Assembly: GCF_037042905.1 (NCBI RefSeq)
Contig: NC_087245.1
Coordinates: 28,398,001-28,462,000 of the forward strand
From: Lytechinus pictus
Taxonomy: Eukaryota
Direction of reading: 5' to 3'
DNA: 64,000 nt
This document shows, piece by piece, positions 1 through 12,514 of this stretch. How positions within the stretch are numbered: the stretch's first letter is position 1; each line of letters begins with the position of its first letter. A program made the position numbers and the translations under genes. The notes below the pieces were generated by a model that did no database searches, had not been told where the DNA came from, and worked only from the letters and a program-made list of their open reading frames with translations.

Positions 1-1300
1 TACTCACCCAATACGTCTTTAATCAATCCAGGCATTCCCACTGATGCTTTTCACAAAGTAGTCTGGACTTTGGGGTGAGCAGTTATAATCATTCCCCATG
101 GAAGCTTACATCCATCTGACTTTAACTGATTTCTCTCCTTTCATCTTTAAAACCTTCTGAATACAATCTCATTAAAATTCTCTGAGCTACTCTACTACTC
201 TCATATAACAAAATTCCCATTAAAATTACTTCTTTTATTCTACTCCCGAACCCTCTTTACAAATTAATTTCCCAAACTGAACATCATCCACAGCTATAGG
301 CTACATTTTCAATCACATACAAAACAAACAGTATTAAGTACCCTACAAAGATCTGAAGTTCATTAACTTGGTTACCAGCAAAACCGAAATTCTTTTCTTA
401 AATGCTAGCATTAACTCTCCCATTCAATCTTAACTAAGCCAGTCAACTTAACCCTATATACACTCTAAAAATATTGTGTAAAATTGCTCCCTGAGGGTAA
501 TTATGTGTCCAACCAACATTGGGAATTTCTTTTGGGCATTTTTATTTATTCAGTGTGATGACTGAAAATTTTGCCTATTCTAAATAACCATACTGGCTTC
601 CCGCATTGAGTAAAATACTGCCCCACATTGATTGGACACATGTTATCTGTGATGCCCGGGCACCATGGCCCTGGGAAGCGGGGGGGGGGGGGGATCGGGG
701 AGTGCTGAAGCACCCCCAAAAAATAGTTGGGGATTCTGCGTGTACTGTTTTCCATAGGCAGCACCCCCAGGTATTCTGAAAGATGTGTAAAATTGGGAAA
801 AAAGGTAACCAAAAAGACCTCAATTTTGTAGTGAAACCCCCTTATTTTTGCTTTTCAAATTTACATCAGCACCCCCAGTCAAAAATCGTTCCCAGGGCCC
901 TGCCGGGCACGCGGTTACGAAATAACGCAACATTATGTAAGTACATGTCAGACCAAAAATAAAAACTTAATATGTACAAAGTAAATACAAAATGTCTTTC
1001 ATCTAAAATTCACAAATGAGTGAACATTCTCACTTGATTGTCATGCAATAGCATTTAATATTATACTATTTATGACTGAAATAATGTCATCGATGATATT
1101 AGTCGAAAAAAAATAAAAGATTGAAAAAAACAAAGAAGTAAAAAAGAAAATTAAAAAAAGATTTCATTAGCGTAATTTTTGGCTTGTAGTTGTTAGGAAT
1201 GCCACAAAGAATATTTTCACCAAAAATTAGCTTTCTAGGAGTGAATTAGAGCAAAAAGTATGATGAATAAATAATTCATATAAAAAGAAATATATGATAA
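1..1300 (+). repeat. Trf 5' flank, duplicated segment (copies at 5137-5798 and 47105-48400)
   Basis: Near-identical sequence starting TACTCACCCAATACG at 1, 5137 and 47105. Confidence 0.95.
664..902. mobile_element. hAT-like MITE
   Basis: Termini CATGGCCCTGGGAA / TTCCCAGGGCCCTG; 8-bp TSD CCGGGCAC at 656-663 and 903-910; paralogous copy at about 47754-48005. Confidence 0.75.
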
Positions 1301-1805
1301 TTTATTTACGTATATGCAGTGGTGTAGATTATGTCATCCTCTCCCTTCGTGCTCTTTACTTTTCGTCGTGATCGCTCGATCCGTGGCCGAAATCTTAAGG
1401 GGGGGGGGGGCTCTACAGGACATCCGAACCGATATCCGAAGATGACATAAAACCACCCGGTACCATGCACTCTCTTAAACAATGAGCAATAAATTTATGC
1501 AAATGAAAGTTGACCAGGTCTGATCATGGTTTGATATTGAAAAGAGTAACCAGGTGAGCATTTCATGAAACAATAAAGTCAGTGATTTCCACTGACGAGC
1601 GTTATAAGCTACTGAAAATCCTTGCATCTGATTGGCTTAGAGCAAATTTGTCCAGTGAAAAACCATTGACAGGATGCCTTCATGAAACCTTTCTCCGGTA
1701 AATAACAACAAACTAAAAAAGCAATAAAATGATTCAACCAGGTAATACCTGGAAAAGCCTGTCACGGTTTGGTACGAGGGCGGTTCTCGTCAGGGAGTGA
1801 AAGTG

Positions 1806-1813
1806 TATAAATA
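1806..1813 (+). promoter_or_regulatory. TATA box of the Trf gene
   Basis: TATAAATA about 130 nt upstream of the ATG at 1937. Confidence 0.7.
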
Positions 1814-1936
1814 CAATGAGCTATAACATAATTAAATCAGGTTTGGAGCTGATCTTGGCATCCTGCTAGAGAAGCTATCAATACACGGAAAGAATTCAAA
1901 CTTGCGGGACTGGAGTGACACCCCCAATACGCCAAC

Positions 1937-3728
1937 ATGGAGTTGAAAGCAACTGTGATCGTTGCTATCCTGGCTGCACTTGCTATGTCAGGTAAGCTCT
2001 CAAATTTGCATTTCGATCATCTGAAGGTATTATTACAAGATAATATTTTGATTATCGAAATTTATTGATAGAAAACCAGCTATTTCTATTTTGTTTGTTA
2101 AAGGAGGAATAACACTTCATATCATTATCAATCACCACTGCTGTATTAATGGGGCCCCCAAACGTTTTGTGACCAAGCAAAATTTTCAATACGAGAAAGA
2201 AAGAAAAGGAGTGCAATATGATTTTATTTTTTTAATGTAAAATTTTTTCACCAATTCAGATTTTCATTTCAGAAGGTCAAAATTTTCCCTCGCGATTTTC
2301 AAAAATATTTCCCCATACGCAAGGTTTTAATGTGTCATTATTATTGTCATTATTATTTTGGGAAGTGGGTGATTATGTCTTTGCCAAAGCTGTAACTCGT
2401 AATTCAACAATAATCATGATTTTCAGTATTCTAATTTTGTTGGGGGTTGCTAATACAAAAGAAACTTGCCTATGTCAAATGGTTTATATGCTAAAATCTG
2501 TCAAATATTTTAAAGTTTAATATGACTATACATGTCACATCGCACCAAACAAACAATGAAATTGTTATTGTTCTTATAAATTTGGACTATAAGAACTAAA
2601 TCATCATAAATCTTTAATCACATAAAATATATATGAAATATCAGACAGCAAGATATAGGCCTAGGCTCATTATTGGTAAAAATTAACATTGTAAAAACTA
2701 AGACAAATATTTAACAGAAATATCACATCGGAAATAATTCATATCATTGGAATCCTGAAAGGCTTAAGAAACTAATAGATTAATTGAAATTATTAAGTTT
2801 TCTGTACATTTTCCTCTTTTACAGCTAATGCACGAAGAGGTGATCGTGGAGGTATGGGGCCAGGGAGAGAGAGAGGGGAGAGGGTCGTTTGGGAGGAAGA
2901 CCTGACGGAGTGCCAATGGGTGGGCCAAGGCGAGGAGGTGGTGGAATGATAAATGGAAGGAGGTTTGATGGCCCCGGGTTGGGGCTTGGTGCCCCTCAGA
3001 GGGACCAACGAAGACAATTTGGTGGTCCGATGGTTGGTGGAAGAAGATCTGACGGTCCTTTCCGTGGCTCCAGACCTGAAGGAGTTGGAAGACCTTTCTT
3101 CGGTCAAGACGGAACCAGACGTGATGGTGGAGAAGAAGAAACCGCAGATGCCTCCAAAGAGTCTAAATCAATCTTTGATCGTTTTGGACTCGGTCCGCTT
3201 TTTAGAGGACAATCACGAGATCGGGGTCGTCTTCAGGATCAAGGAGGTCAGCATAACGACAACAGCGAAGAGGATGGAGGTCATCGTCACCATCACCATC
3301 GCTACCACCCCCACCATCATCACCACCGTCATAATCATACTGAAGGCCAACGCCCTCACAACAAGACGGGAGATTACCCACATCGTCATCACAACAAGAC
3401 CGGAGACGGGGATAGGGACGGACCAAGGTTCCAGATGAGGCCTTTCCGGTTCTTCAAAAACTGGCCATTTGGAAGACACAACCGAACCGAGGAAGGATCT
3501 CACGGACATAATGGCCGCCGCCATCCTTTTGGCAACCGAGGACGCTGGGGATCACATGAAAGCGAGGAGGAAGAGGAGGAGGAGCAGAAGCAGCAGGAGT
3601 CAACAACTAGGGAAAATGCAACCCCATCTTCCCCATCGGAAGTGATAACACCATCCTCCCAACCGGAAGTGATTGAGATTGCAATCAATGACAATGAAAT
3701 AGATACTAATGTTATCGGACAACTGTAA
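1937..3728 (+). CDS. Trf (185/333): Transformer (Trf / Sp185/333-family) immune effector gene, 2 exons (1937-1991, 2825-3728); frameshifted early in exon 2 as assembled (possible pseudogene allele or assembly error)
   Basis: Exon 1 encodes the leader MELKATVIVAILAALAMS followed by a GTAAG donor. Intron 1992-2824 ends TTTTACAG. Exon 2 has a Gly/Arg-rich region (GGRRFDGP, GRPFFG, GEEET), a His-rich region, N-X-T sites, an acidic tract and the C-terminus PEVIEIAIND...VIGQL*, all typical of 185/333 proteins. The spliced frame reaches TGA at 2947; removing 2 nt from (GA)5 at 2865-2874 gives a 318-aa ORF. Confidence 0.93.
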
Positions 3729-4097
3729 ATTTTGTTTTGAAAATTACTGATACTGTAAAAATGAAGTCTTCCATATCTTTCCTCTAGTATTGACTGAGGA
3801 AAATTCCTGACGATGTTTCATCGATACTCAGGCATCCATATTTTTTTTAATTACAAAGAGACAAGAAAATTTAATAAAGATACAACACGTTCCCTCATGA
3901 ATTTGACCTTTATCATTATTGAAAGACTTGTAAAATAAACATGATAAATATCATACCACACTCGTGTTTTCATAGCATTACTTTTTCATACACTACTAGA
4001 TAATTTTTACATAATTACTGAAAGAGAAAAGGAGAGAACTATAGGAGTGAGCATGGTGAAAGAAAATAGGGGAGATAGATGCATGGGAAACTATTAT

Positions 4098-5798
4098 GTG
4101 TGTGAAGTGCTACAGACAGAAGCTTGAAAGGAGAAAGAGGGACGAGCCAGAGAAGCCTAGAGAACTGAAGAGAGAGAGAGTGCGATATCAATAAATAGAC
4201 ACATGAGAGATTGGGAGTAGAAAGATCATGAAGATATATAGAGAAGAAGAGTGATGGATATATTGAAGAGTGAGAGAGAGATGGAAGGGGAAAGGATGGG
4301 GTTGTTACTATAGCAATATAATGAGGTAAATTGTTACAGTATCTACCCCCATCCCCATCGTCCCAATGCTCAAGTGATCGGATCGACGGCTATATATTCC
4401 TTTAAAACACATCTTAAAAACATGCTCATCCCCCCTCATCCTGATTATTGTTGTTAGCAACGCCTCCATCATTTCCCTCCTCAATCAATCCCTTAGCCCC
4501 TGCTTGAGTTTAGGTTATCTTTAAGTTATTTTCCTTATTGTTTTACATTTTTTTAGTTTTTCTTTTCAGTCCCCCTATTGCTTTTAATCATATTTTGTTT
4601 TTATTATCATATTGTATTTTGTTGCTTTCACCAATATTGTACGTTTTTATGATTTAATTCATATGATTTTGTGCTTTTGTCATTACCATGTTTGATTGTG
4701 TATTGTACTTTTTATTTTGTGTGTTTATGGACCCCTACGAAAAACAGCATTTGCTGATAGAGTGTTCCATCCCACTAGTGAAAAATAAATATATAGATAA
4801 AAAGATAAAAATAAATGATATGAATGTAACTTACATCAAGTACATATCTCGAGGTGAGGTGAGTCATTGGCCGGTCTGCTTGGAGTTTTCCACGATGTTG
4901 TCGCAAAGAGTCCACTCCCAGTACATGCCCGCCAGAATGACATAGATTGCAGCTTTCTCCTATTATAGGCCTGTGTAGGGATGTGTCTGGTGTATTTAAC
5001 ACCTTTTGGAATTAGATCACCCAGAGTGGAACAAGATTTATGATCAGCATAGGGAATGTCAATGGTAATTGTACACAGTCTTGACAGTTGGCTGAAGACT
5101 TTCTCGCTGGAACACTGAGTTGCATGGGTTTACACGTACTCACCCAATACGTCTTTAATCAATCCAGGCATTCCCACTGATGCTTTTCACAAAGTAGTCT
5201 GGACTCTGGGGTGAGCAGTTATAATCATTCCCCATGGAAGCTTACATCCATTTGACTTTAACTGATTTCTCTCATTTCATCTTTAAACCCTTCTGAATAC
5301 AATCTCATTAAAATTCTCTGAGCTACTCTACTACTCTCATATATACAAATTCCAATTAAAATTACTTCTTTTATTCTACTCCCGAACCCTCCTTACAAAT
5401 TAATTTCCCAAACTGAACATCATCCACAGCTAGAGGCTACATTTTCAATCACATACAAAACAAACAGTATTAAGTACCCTACAAAGATCTGAAGTTCATT
5501 AACTTGGTTACCAGCAAAACCGAAATTCTTTTCTTGAATGCTAGCATTAACTCTCCAATTCAATCTTAACTAAGCCAGTCAACTTAACCCTATATACACT
5601 CTAAAAATATTGAGTAAAATTGCTCCATGATGGTAATTATGTGTCCAACCAACATTGGGCATTTCTTTTGGGCATTTTTATTTATTCAGTGTGATGACTG
5701 AAAATTTTACCCATTCTAAATAACCATACTGGCTTCCCACATTGAGTAAAATACTGCCCCACATCGATTGGGCACATATTATTTGTGATCGCCGGGCA
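4098..5798 (+). repeat. Trf 3' flank (GA-rich start) running into a second copy of the 5' flank; duplicated segment
   Basis: 4098-5136 matches 38600-40069 plus 46936-47104, and partly 6160-6951; 5137-5798 matches 1-662. Confidence 0.92.
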
Positions 5799-6061
5799 AC
5801 TCGGACCAACATATGAATATTCATGACTTGCGTCTTCGGATTAAGAGTACCAACGTTGCCAGAACTGGCATAATTATGCTTTCTGGCATAATTTCGACCC
5901 TTTCAGCATAATTCATTATGCCAGCATAATTCTGGCATAATTAGACTTTTTTTATGGCATAATTTCTACCCCTTTCAGCATAATTTGGGGCATAATTAGG
6001 CTTTTTTAAGCAAAGAATCGGGCATATTTAGCATAATTTAGATCTATTTGAAGATTGAAGA

Positions 6062-6095
<34 letters not shown>

Positions 6096-6159
6096 TGTCA
6101 ATTTTTTTTCTGGTACGAAAATCCTTTATTTGTGATTGAAGACGCTGGGTATATAGAGG

Positions 6160-6951
6160 GGGAGAATGAGGGAAGTGAAAAGGATGGGGTGTCACTATCG
6201 CAATATAATGAAGTAAATTGTTACAGTATCTATCCCCATTCCCATCGTCCCAATGCTCAAGTGATCGGATCGACGGCTATATATTCCTTTAAAACGCATC
6301 TTAAAACATGCTCATCCCCCCTCATCTTGATTATTGTTGTTAGCAACGCCTCCATCATTTCCCTCCTCAATAAATCCCTTAGCCCCTGTTTGAGTTTAGG
6401 TTATCTTTAAGTTATTTTTCTTATTGTTTTACATTTAGTTAGTTTTTCTTTTTAGTACCCCTATTGCTTTTAATTATATTTTGCTTTTATTATCATATTG
6501 TATTTTGTTTCTTTCACCAATATTGTATGTATTTATGATTTAATTCATATGATTTTGTGGTTTTGTCATGTTTGATTGCATACTGTACTTTATATTTGTG
6601 TGTTTATGGACCCCTACGAAAAACAGCATTTGCTGATAGAGTGTTCCATCCCACGAATGGTAAATAAATAAATGAATAAAAAATAAATGATAAGAATGTA
6701 ACTTACATCTGGTACATATCTCGAGGTGAGTCATTGGCCGGTCTGCTTGGAGTTTGCCACGAAGTTGTCGGAAAGAGTCCGCTTCCAGTACATGCCCGCT
6801 AAAATTACATAGATTGCAGCTTTCTCCTATAGGCCTATATAGGCATGATAGGAGTCGAGGTGTCTGCTGGCGTATTTAACACCTTTTGGAAATAGATCAC
6901 CCAGAGTGGAACAAGATTTATGATCAGCATAGGGAATGTCGCTGGTAATTG
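6160..6951 (+). repeat. Third, partial copy of the Trf 3' flank
   Basis: Aligns to about 4270-5069 (CCCATCGTCCCAATGCTCAAGTGATCGGATCGACGG ... GATCAGCATAGGGAATGTC). Confidence 0.88.
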
Positions 6952-7286
6952 CATAACTTTTGGTATCCCCCAGACTGCATAATTATCCCGATAATTATTT
7001 GCTTATTCAAATATCGTTGGTAATGGTGCATAACAATAATATATAAGAGGCATAAACATGTTAACCAGATACGTATCCACACAATCAATTACCATATATT
7101 TTCGTTCCTTTGTTCATAATAATACTATTCTGATGAAACTCGAGCCGCCATTCGACCATTGCTATAGTACAGGTCCCCAACTTGTTGTTCTGTAAAATGT
7201 ACATGAGGTGATAATGGTTATGAGTATGATATGATTTTCATCATCATCTATATAATCGATGTATAGGCCTAATTATAAGAATTATA

Positions 7287-8954
7287 CACTGTGTTGGTCA
7301 TAAAGGTGGAATAAAATATTTTTGAATAAAAATCGACAGTTTTGTTGGTATTTGAAAGGCTACGCGTAGACAAAATGGTAATTGAGTGATTACATAATGT
7401 TTCCCCATTACACAGGTGACATTATAACATGAGAAATTTTGATTACGTAATAAATTATTTTGTTGTAGACTATAAAAGCCTTTGCATATGATATTCTGTC
7501 CCTTTCCCTGATTTAGCACTGTGTATAAGAAGGTTGCATTTTTTCGAGTTCCTTGTACCTTTTGAAATAAAAATCGGTAGAGACGTTCCCTGGACTATGC
7601 CTGGTCCAACGGCAAAAGCAACACGCGAAAAGTGGTAGCACTGCGACAGGAGGGCTACCAGCAGACTGATATCGCAGAAGTCCTAGGGATATATCACAGA
7701 GTGCAGTCTCTAAGATCCTGAAACGTCAACGTGAGGCGGGGAATGTGCGGCCACGGAAATCTCCAGGACGTCCCAGATTGACCACAAGAAGAGATGATGA
7801 TCGCCAACTGTTGAATTTCAGCCGCAGAAACCGGAAATTGCCCACGAGCCGTCTTCGTCGCTTGTGGGGAGAATATCATGGGATCAACGTTTCCCGGTCA
7901 ACCGTTAATCGCATATTACTCCAACATGGTTATACCGAGCACGACGGTTGATCAAATGTCCACGCCTGTCTGTTCGCCACAGAGTAGCTCGTCTTCTTTG
8001 GGCTAGGGAGCACAGAAGGCTTCATCCAGGACATTGGCAACATGTGGTCTTCACGGACGAGAGCCGGTTCATCCTTGACCGAAAGAATGGGAGACAACGA
8101 GTTCGTCGATTAGCCGGGGAAAACCTTTGCGATGAATGTATCCACGAGACGACTCAAGGCGGAGGCGGCTCAGTGATGATATGGGCCGGCATCCATTATA
8201 GAGGGAAAACGCCACTGGTGGTTCCGGACGGAAACGTCAACGCCGCCGCCTACAGGGATATCTTGGAGTTCCACTGTCTTCCATATGCAAGACGAGTGTA
8301 TGGGCACAATTTCCGACTGCATAATGACAACGATAGACCGCACAGGGCCGCTGCAGTAAGGGAATTCCTGGAGGCAGAGGGTGTCGTACAGTCGCCATGG
8401 CCAGCTTGTTCGCCGGATATGAACCCCATAGAGCATGCATGGGATGCCCTAGGCCGAGCCATCAACGACAGAGAGGTCATTCCTCAAAATCTGCAGGAGT
8501 TGGCAGATGCTCTGAGGGAAAAATGGGACGCTATGCCTGTTGACGTCATCAACAAGCTAGTGGACAGCATGCCACGACGTCTGCATGCTGGTTCGTGCCA
8601 GTGGTGGACATACCCGATACTAGTGACTGAGTAAGAACAATGACTCAAGTTTGATGCAAATTTGTCCATGAAATCACAAAAAAGAAGTCATCTGGAAAAC
8701 TGAGAGAGATTGAAAATAAATATCTCATGATCCTTTAATTTACTGTATATTGTCGTCATTGTTGTTCTATGCTCATGACATCCATCGCTTAGGACATAAA
8801 CTTGTAAAATATCACCGTCAAACGTGTGTAAAAGGCAGAATAATAAAGTAAAGTGGTTATCATGCACCATAAATGCCATATTCAAATCATGTTGTAATAA
8901 TTACGCAGTGAAAATTTGGTGAAAAAAAAAATTCCACCTTTATGACCAAAAGTG
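7287..8954 (+). mobile_element. Tc1-family DNA transposon, full length but decayed
   Basis: TIRs CACTGTGTTGGTCATAAAGGTGGAAT / ATTCCACCTTTATGACCAAAAGTG with TA on both sides; internal transposase remnant. Confidence 0.93.
7597..8623 (+). pseudogene. Tc1 DD34E transposase pseudogene (several frameshifts)
   Basis: Motifs GRPRLTT, WQHVVFTDESRF, GGGSVMIWAGI, D-34aa-E ending SPDMNPIEHAW; C-terminal GGHTRY* is in a shifted frame; N-terminus from ATG 7597 is broken. Confidence 0.92.
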
Positions 8955-9199
8955 TATTTGATTGGAATAATTTATTAGAATAATTCATCGATAGTCCTCC
9001 ACGGTGAGGTTTCGCGCTCACCAGCCCTACCCCGCGGCTCTACCCCTCCGGATCCTGGCGGCATGTCCCTTGTAAAAAAAAACCATGGTTTGATGTTAAG
9101 GTAAAACCATGGTTTTGCATTGGATCCATTGTACAGTAATTTCATAGTTTAACCATAGTAAGATATGGTTTAATTATGGTGAAATCATGGTGCACTAGT

Positions 9200-10700
9200 G
9201 TTTAACCATAGTTAAACTAAAGCTTTAGCATGGGTAAACCATGGTAACCATGGTTAAATGGTGTTAAATTGGAACGCACTTACCATGACATTACTATGGC
9301 ATAACCATGGTCACAACTGTGTTTTTACCATATTTTAACAATGGTTAAGAAAGTATAAAACCATGGTAAAGAGAAGGTGAAACCATGGTTAGAAAAAGGT
9401 GAAACCATTGTTTTACAGCTGCCAAACCACATAATTACAACCCGAATCACGGTAAAACCATAATCAATTGTATGGTAGACCCACCTTTTGACCATAGTGC
9501 AATATTGTATGATGATGGTTAAACCATGTCAAAGTACTGTCTAGCCATGGTTTAACCATGGTTTACCACGGTTAAACTATAGGTTTAGCATGGGTAAACC
9601 ATGGTAACCATGGTTAAAAGGTGTTAAATTGGAACGCACTTACCATGACATTACTATGGCATAACCATGGTCACAATTATGTTTTTACCATAGTTTAACA
9701 ATGGTTAAGAAAGTATAAAACCATGGTAAAGAGAAGGTGAAACCATGGTTAGAAAAAGGTGAAACCATTGTTTTACAGCTGCCAAACCACATACTTACAA
9801 CCCGAATCACGGTAAAACCATAATCAATTGTATGGTAGACCCACCTTTTGACCATAGTGCAATATTGTATGATGATGGTTAAACCATGTCAAAGTACTGT
9901 CTAGCCATGGTTTAACCATGGTTTACCACGGTTAAACTATAGGTTTAGCATGGGTAAACCATGGTAACCATGGTTAAAAGGTGTTAAATTGGAACGCACT
10001 TACCATGACATTACTATGGCATAACCATCGTCACAATTATGTTTTTACCATAGTTTAACCATGGTTAAGAAAGTATAAAACCATGGTAAAGAGAAGGTGA
10101 AACCATGGTTAGAAAAAGGTGAAACCATTGTTTTACAGCTGCCAAACCACATAATTACAACCCAAATCACGGTAAAACCATAATCAATTGTATGGTAAAC
10201 CCACCTTTTAACCATAGTGCAATATTGTATGATGATGGTTGAACCATGTCAAAGTACTGTCTAGCCATGGTTTAACTATGGTGTACCACGGTTAAACTAT
10301 AGGTTTAGCATGGGTAAACCATGGTAACCATGGTTAAAAGGTGTTAAATTGGAACGCACTTACCATGACATTACCATGGCATAACCATGGTCACAACTGT
10401 GTTTTTACCGTACTATAACCACGGTTAAGAAAAGGTGAAACTATGGTTAAGAAAGTATAAAACCATGGTAAAGGGTAGGTAAAACCATGGTAAAGCGAAG
10501 GTGAAACCATGGTTAGAAAACGGTGAAACCATTGTTTTACAGCAGCCAAACCACATAATTACAACCCAAATCACGGTAAAACCATGATCAATCATATGGT
10601 AAAACCACCTTTTAACCATTAGTGCAATATTGTATGATGATGGTTAAACCATGTCAAAGTACTGTCTAACCATGGTTTAACCATTGTATATACCACGGTT
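9200..10700. repeat. 360-bp tandem repeat, about 4 copies, AACCATGGTT-rich (left subterminal array)
   Basis: TGGGTAAACC at 9231, 9591, 9951 and 10311. Confidence 0.95.
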
Positions 10701-12349
10701 TAACCATAATGTGCCACAGTTAATCGATGGTTTCATTGTAGATAAACCATGGCTACCATGGTTTAACCGTGGTTACAACCTTGTTTTTATTGTGGTAAAT
10801 CCATCGTTTCAAAGTGTCTTTACTATGGTTAAGAAAAGGTGAAACAATGATTTTAAAACAGAAACAGCGATAATAACATGGTTATGCAATGAAATCCAAA
10901 GTATAACCATGGTTTCACTACAAACCAATCATAGAATTACCATGGTCTTGCATCCTCAAAATCATGGTAAAAGCATGGTTAATATTGGATCCATTGTGCG
11001 ACATACCCATGGTTTAACCATGGTGCATGATGGTCTGATGATGGTTAAACCATGGTGCACCTTGGTCTGCCCATGGTTTGGACATCCTTCAACCGTGATC
11101 GTACTACAGTTACTGTGATTTAACTATGGTAAATGTCTCACTTCTGCTATGCAAGTGAGACAATAAAACCGTGGTTCTCAAGCTCAAACCAAAGTTTAAC
11201 TGTAGTTTCACAGCCAGAAACGATGATAAATCCCTGGTTCTACAAACCAAACCACAGTAGAGCCATGGTTTTACAACCGACCTCTGGTATAACCATCAAC
11301 TGCTATACCACCCAAACCAGAGTATAACCATGGTCGTATGGTCATACACAGCATACACGTCATCCAACCTGTCTGCTTTTTACCTCTATCATATTATCTG
11401 CTGAAATGAGATAAAGTGGAAACTCAGTATAAGGAGGACCTTGGGATCATGAACCTTGTTATTATACCTGGAATCTAACTTCACCAGGGCACAAAAACAA
11501 AAGGACCTTGGACCAGCAAATTTGACTGTTGGGAATCTCTGTATATTGAGTTTCTAGTGTATCAGCGAAAGAAAAGAGTCAATTAAAATACAGTTACAAT
11601 GTACACATTCGGCTACATCATCAAAGAGCCACATTGGTGATGGTATAATAAGAAATTACATTTAAAATTGTAGGTCAGTCAGACAGATAATATGACAGAG
11701 GTCATATTCCACACTACACATCGCCACTTATTGTATCAATCAGTGAGTGATCACACAATGACCTAAAAAGGGACAAAATGCAAATCAGTGTTAAGAACAA
11801 CGCAATGAAAACTTTTAATAAAAATAAAGTCAAACACATCTAATACAGTACTACATGTACAGCTCTGGAAACATTACCCAAGTTAGCTGACAAAAGAGGC
11901 AAGTCTTTATACATGGCAGGTTTGAATACATATCTATAAAAGAACCCACATAAATTTTAATACATTCTTTATAAATTTTGTACTTTTCACACAAACAGTT
12001 AGCACAGATATGGCAAGCTAAATTAAGTAAGGAATGTATACATGTACTCCTGAAAACTGTTTTATTACTGCTGATTTCATATAACTGATTTGGCCAAGAA
12101 GACATGTTAGAAAGACTTTATACGAAAAACAAAAGAAAATAACTAGATGGATTCTCGACTGCACACAGTCGAAATTTATGCCTCCGCCATTGCCACTAGA
12201 TCAGAAATATGTTGCACAGGTAATTTCCCATAAATCTTCAAATTTGTTCTATTCTTTTTATATTAAATAATTTATGCCTTATCCCAACATAAATAAACAC
12301 TGAATGTTCAGTGCATGTTTGAGCTGCTAAGAAAAAATTTTACAGGCCG

Positions 12350-12420
12350 GCTCGGGTAGGAATCGAACCCACGACCATCTGGTTATCAGACAGGCGTCAT
12401 ACCACTTGACCACCGAGAAG
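12350..12420 (-). pseudogene. tRNA-derived sequence (anticodon loop CT-GAT-AA) with intact Pol III A and B boxes
   Basis: Minus strand: A box TGGTCAAGTGG, B box GGTTCGATTCC, CTCGG/CCGAG stem, T6 run downstream (12337-12332). Confidence 0.6.
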
Positions 12421-12514
12421 CCCGATGGCTGGTAGCTGGTTTGATTCACATAATAGCAGCAGGTACAGTACTGTGTTGATATATCACATAATAGCAGCCA
12501 ATAGCCATCGGGCT

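Noticed and set aside
2860..2885. Alternative splice acceptor that would rescue the Trf frame
   Set aside because: The CAG at 2861-2863 gives the wrong phase; in-phase AGs lie in purine-rich sequence with no pyrimidine tract.
2953..3438. 161-aa alternative-frame ORF and antisense ORFs over Trf exon 2
   Set aside because: Shadow frames of the GC-rich repetitive exon; this one is cut off from exon 1 by TGA-TAA at 2947-2952.
4975..5590. Possible LINE ORF remnant in the duplicated Trf flank
   Set aside because: The frames I translated were interrupted by stops and showed no recognisable RT or endonuclease motif.
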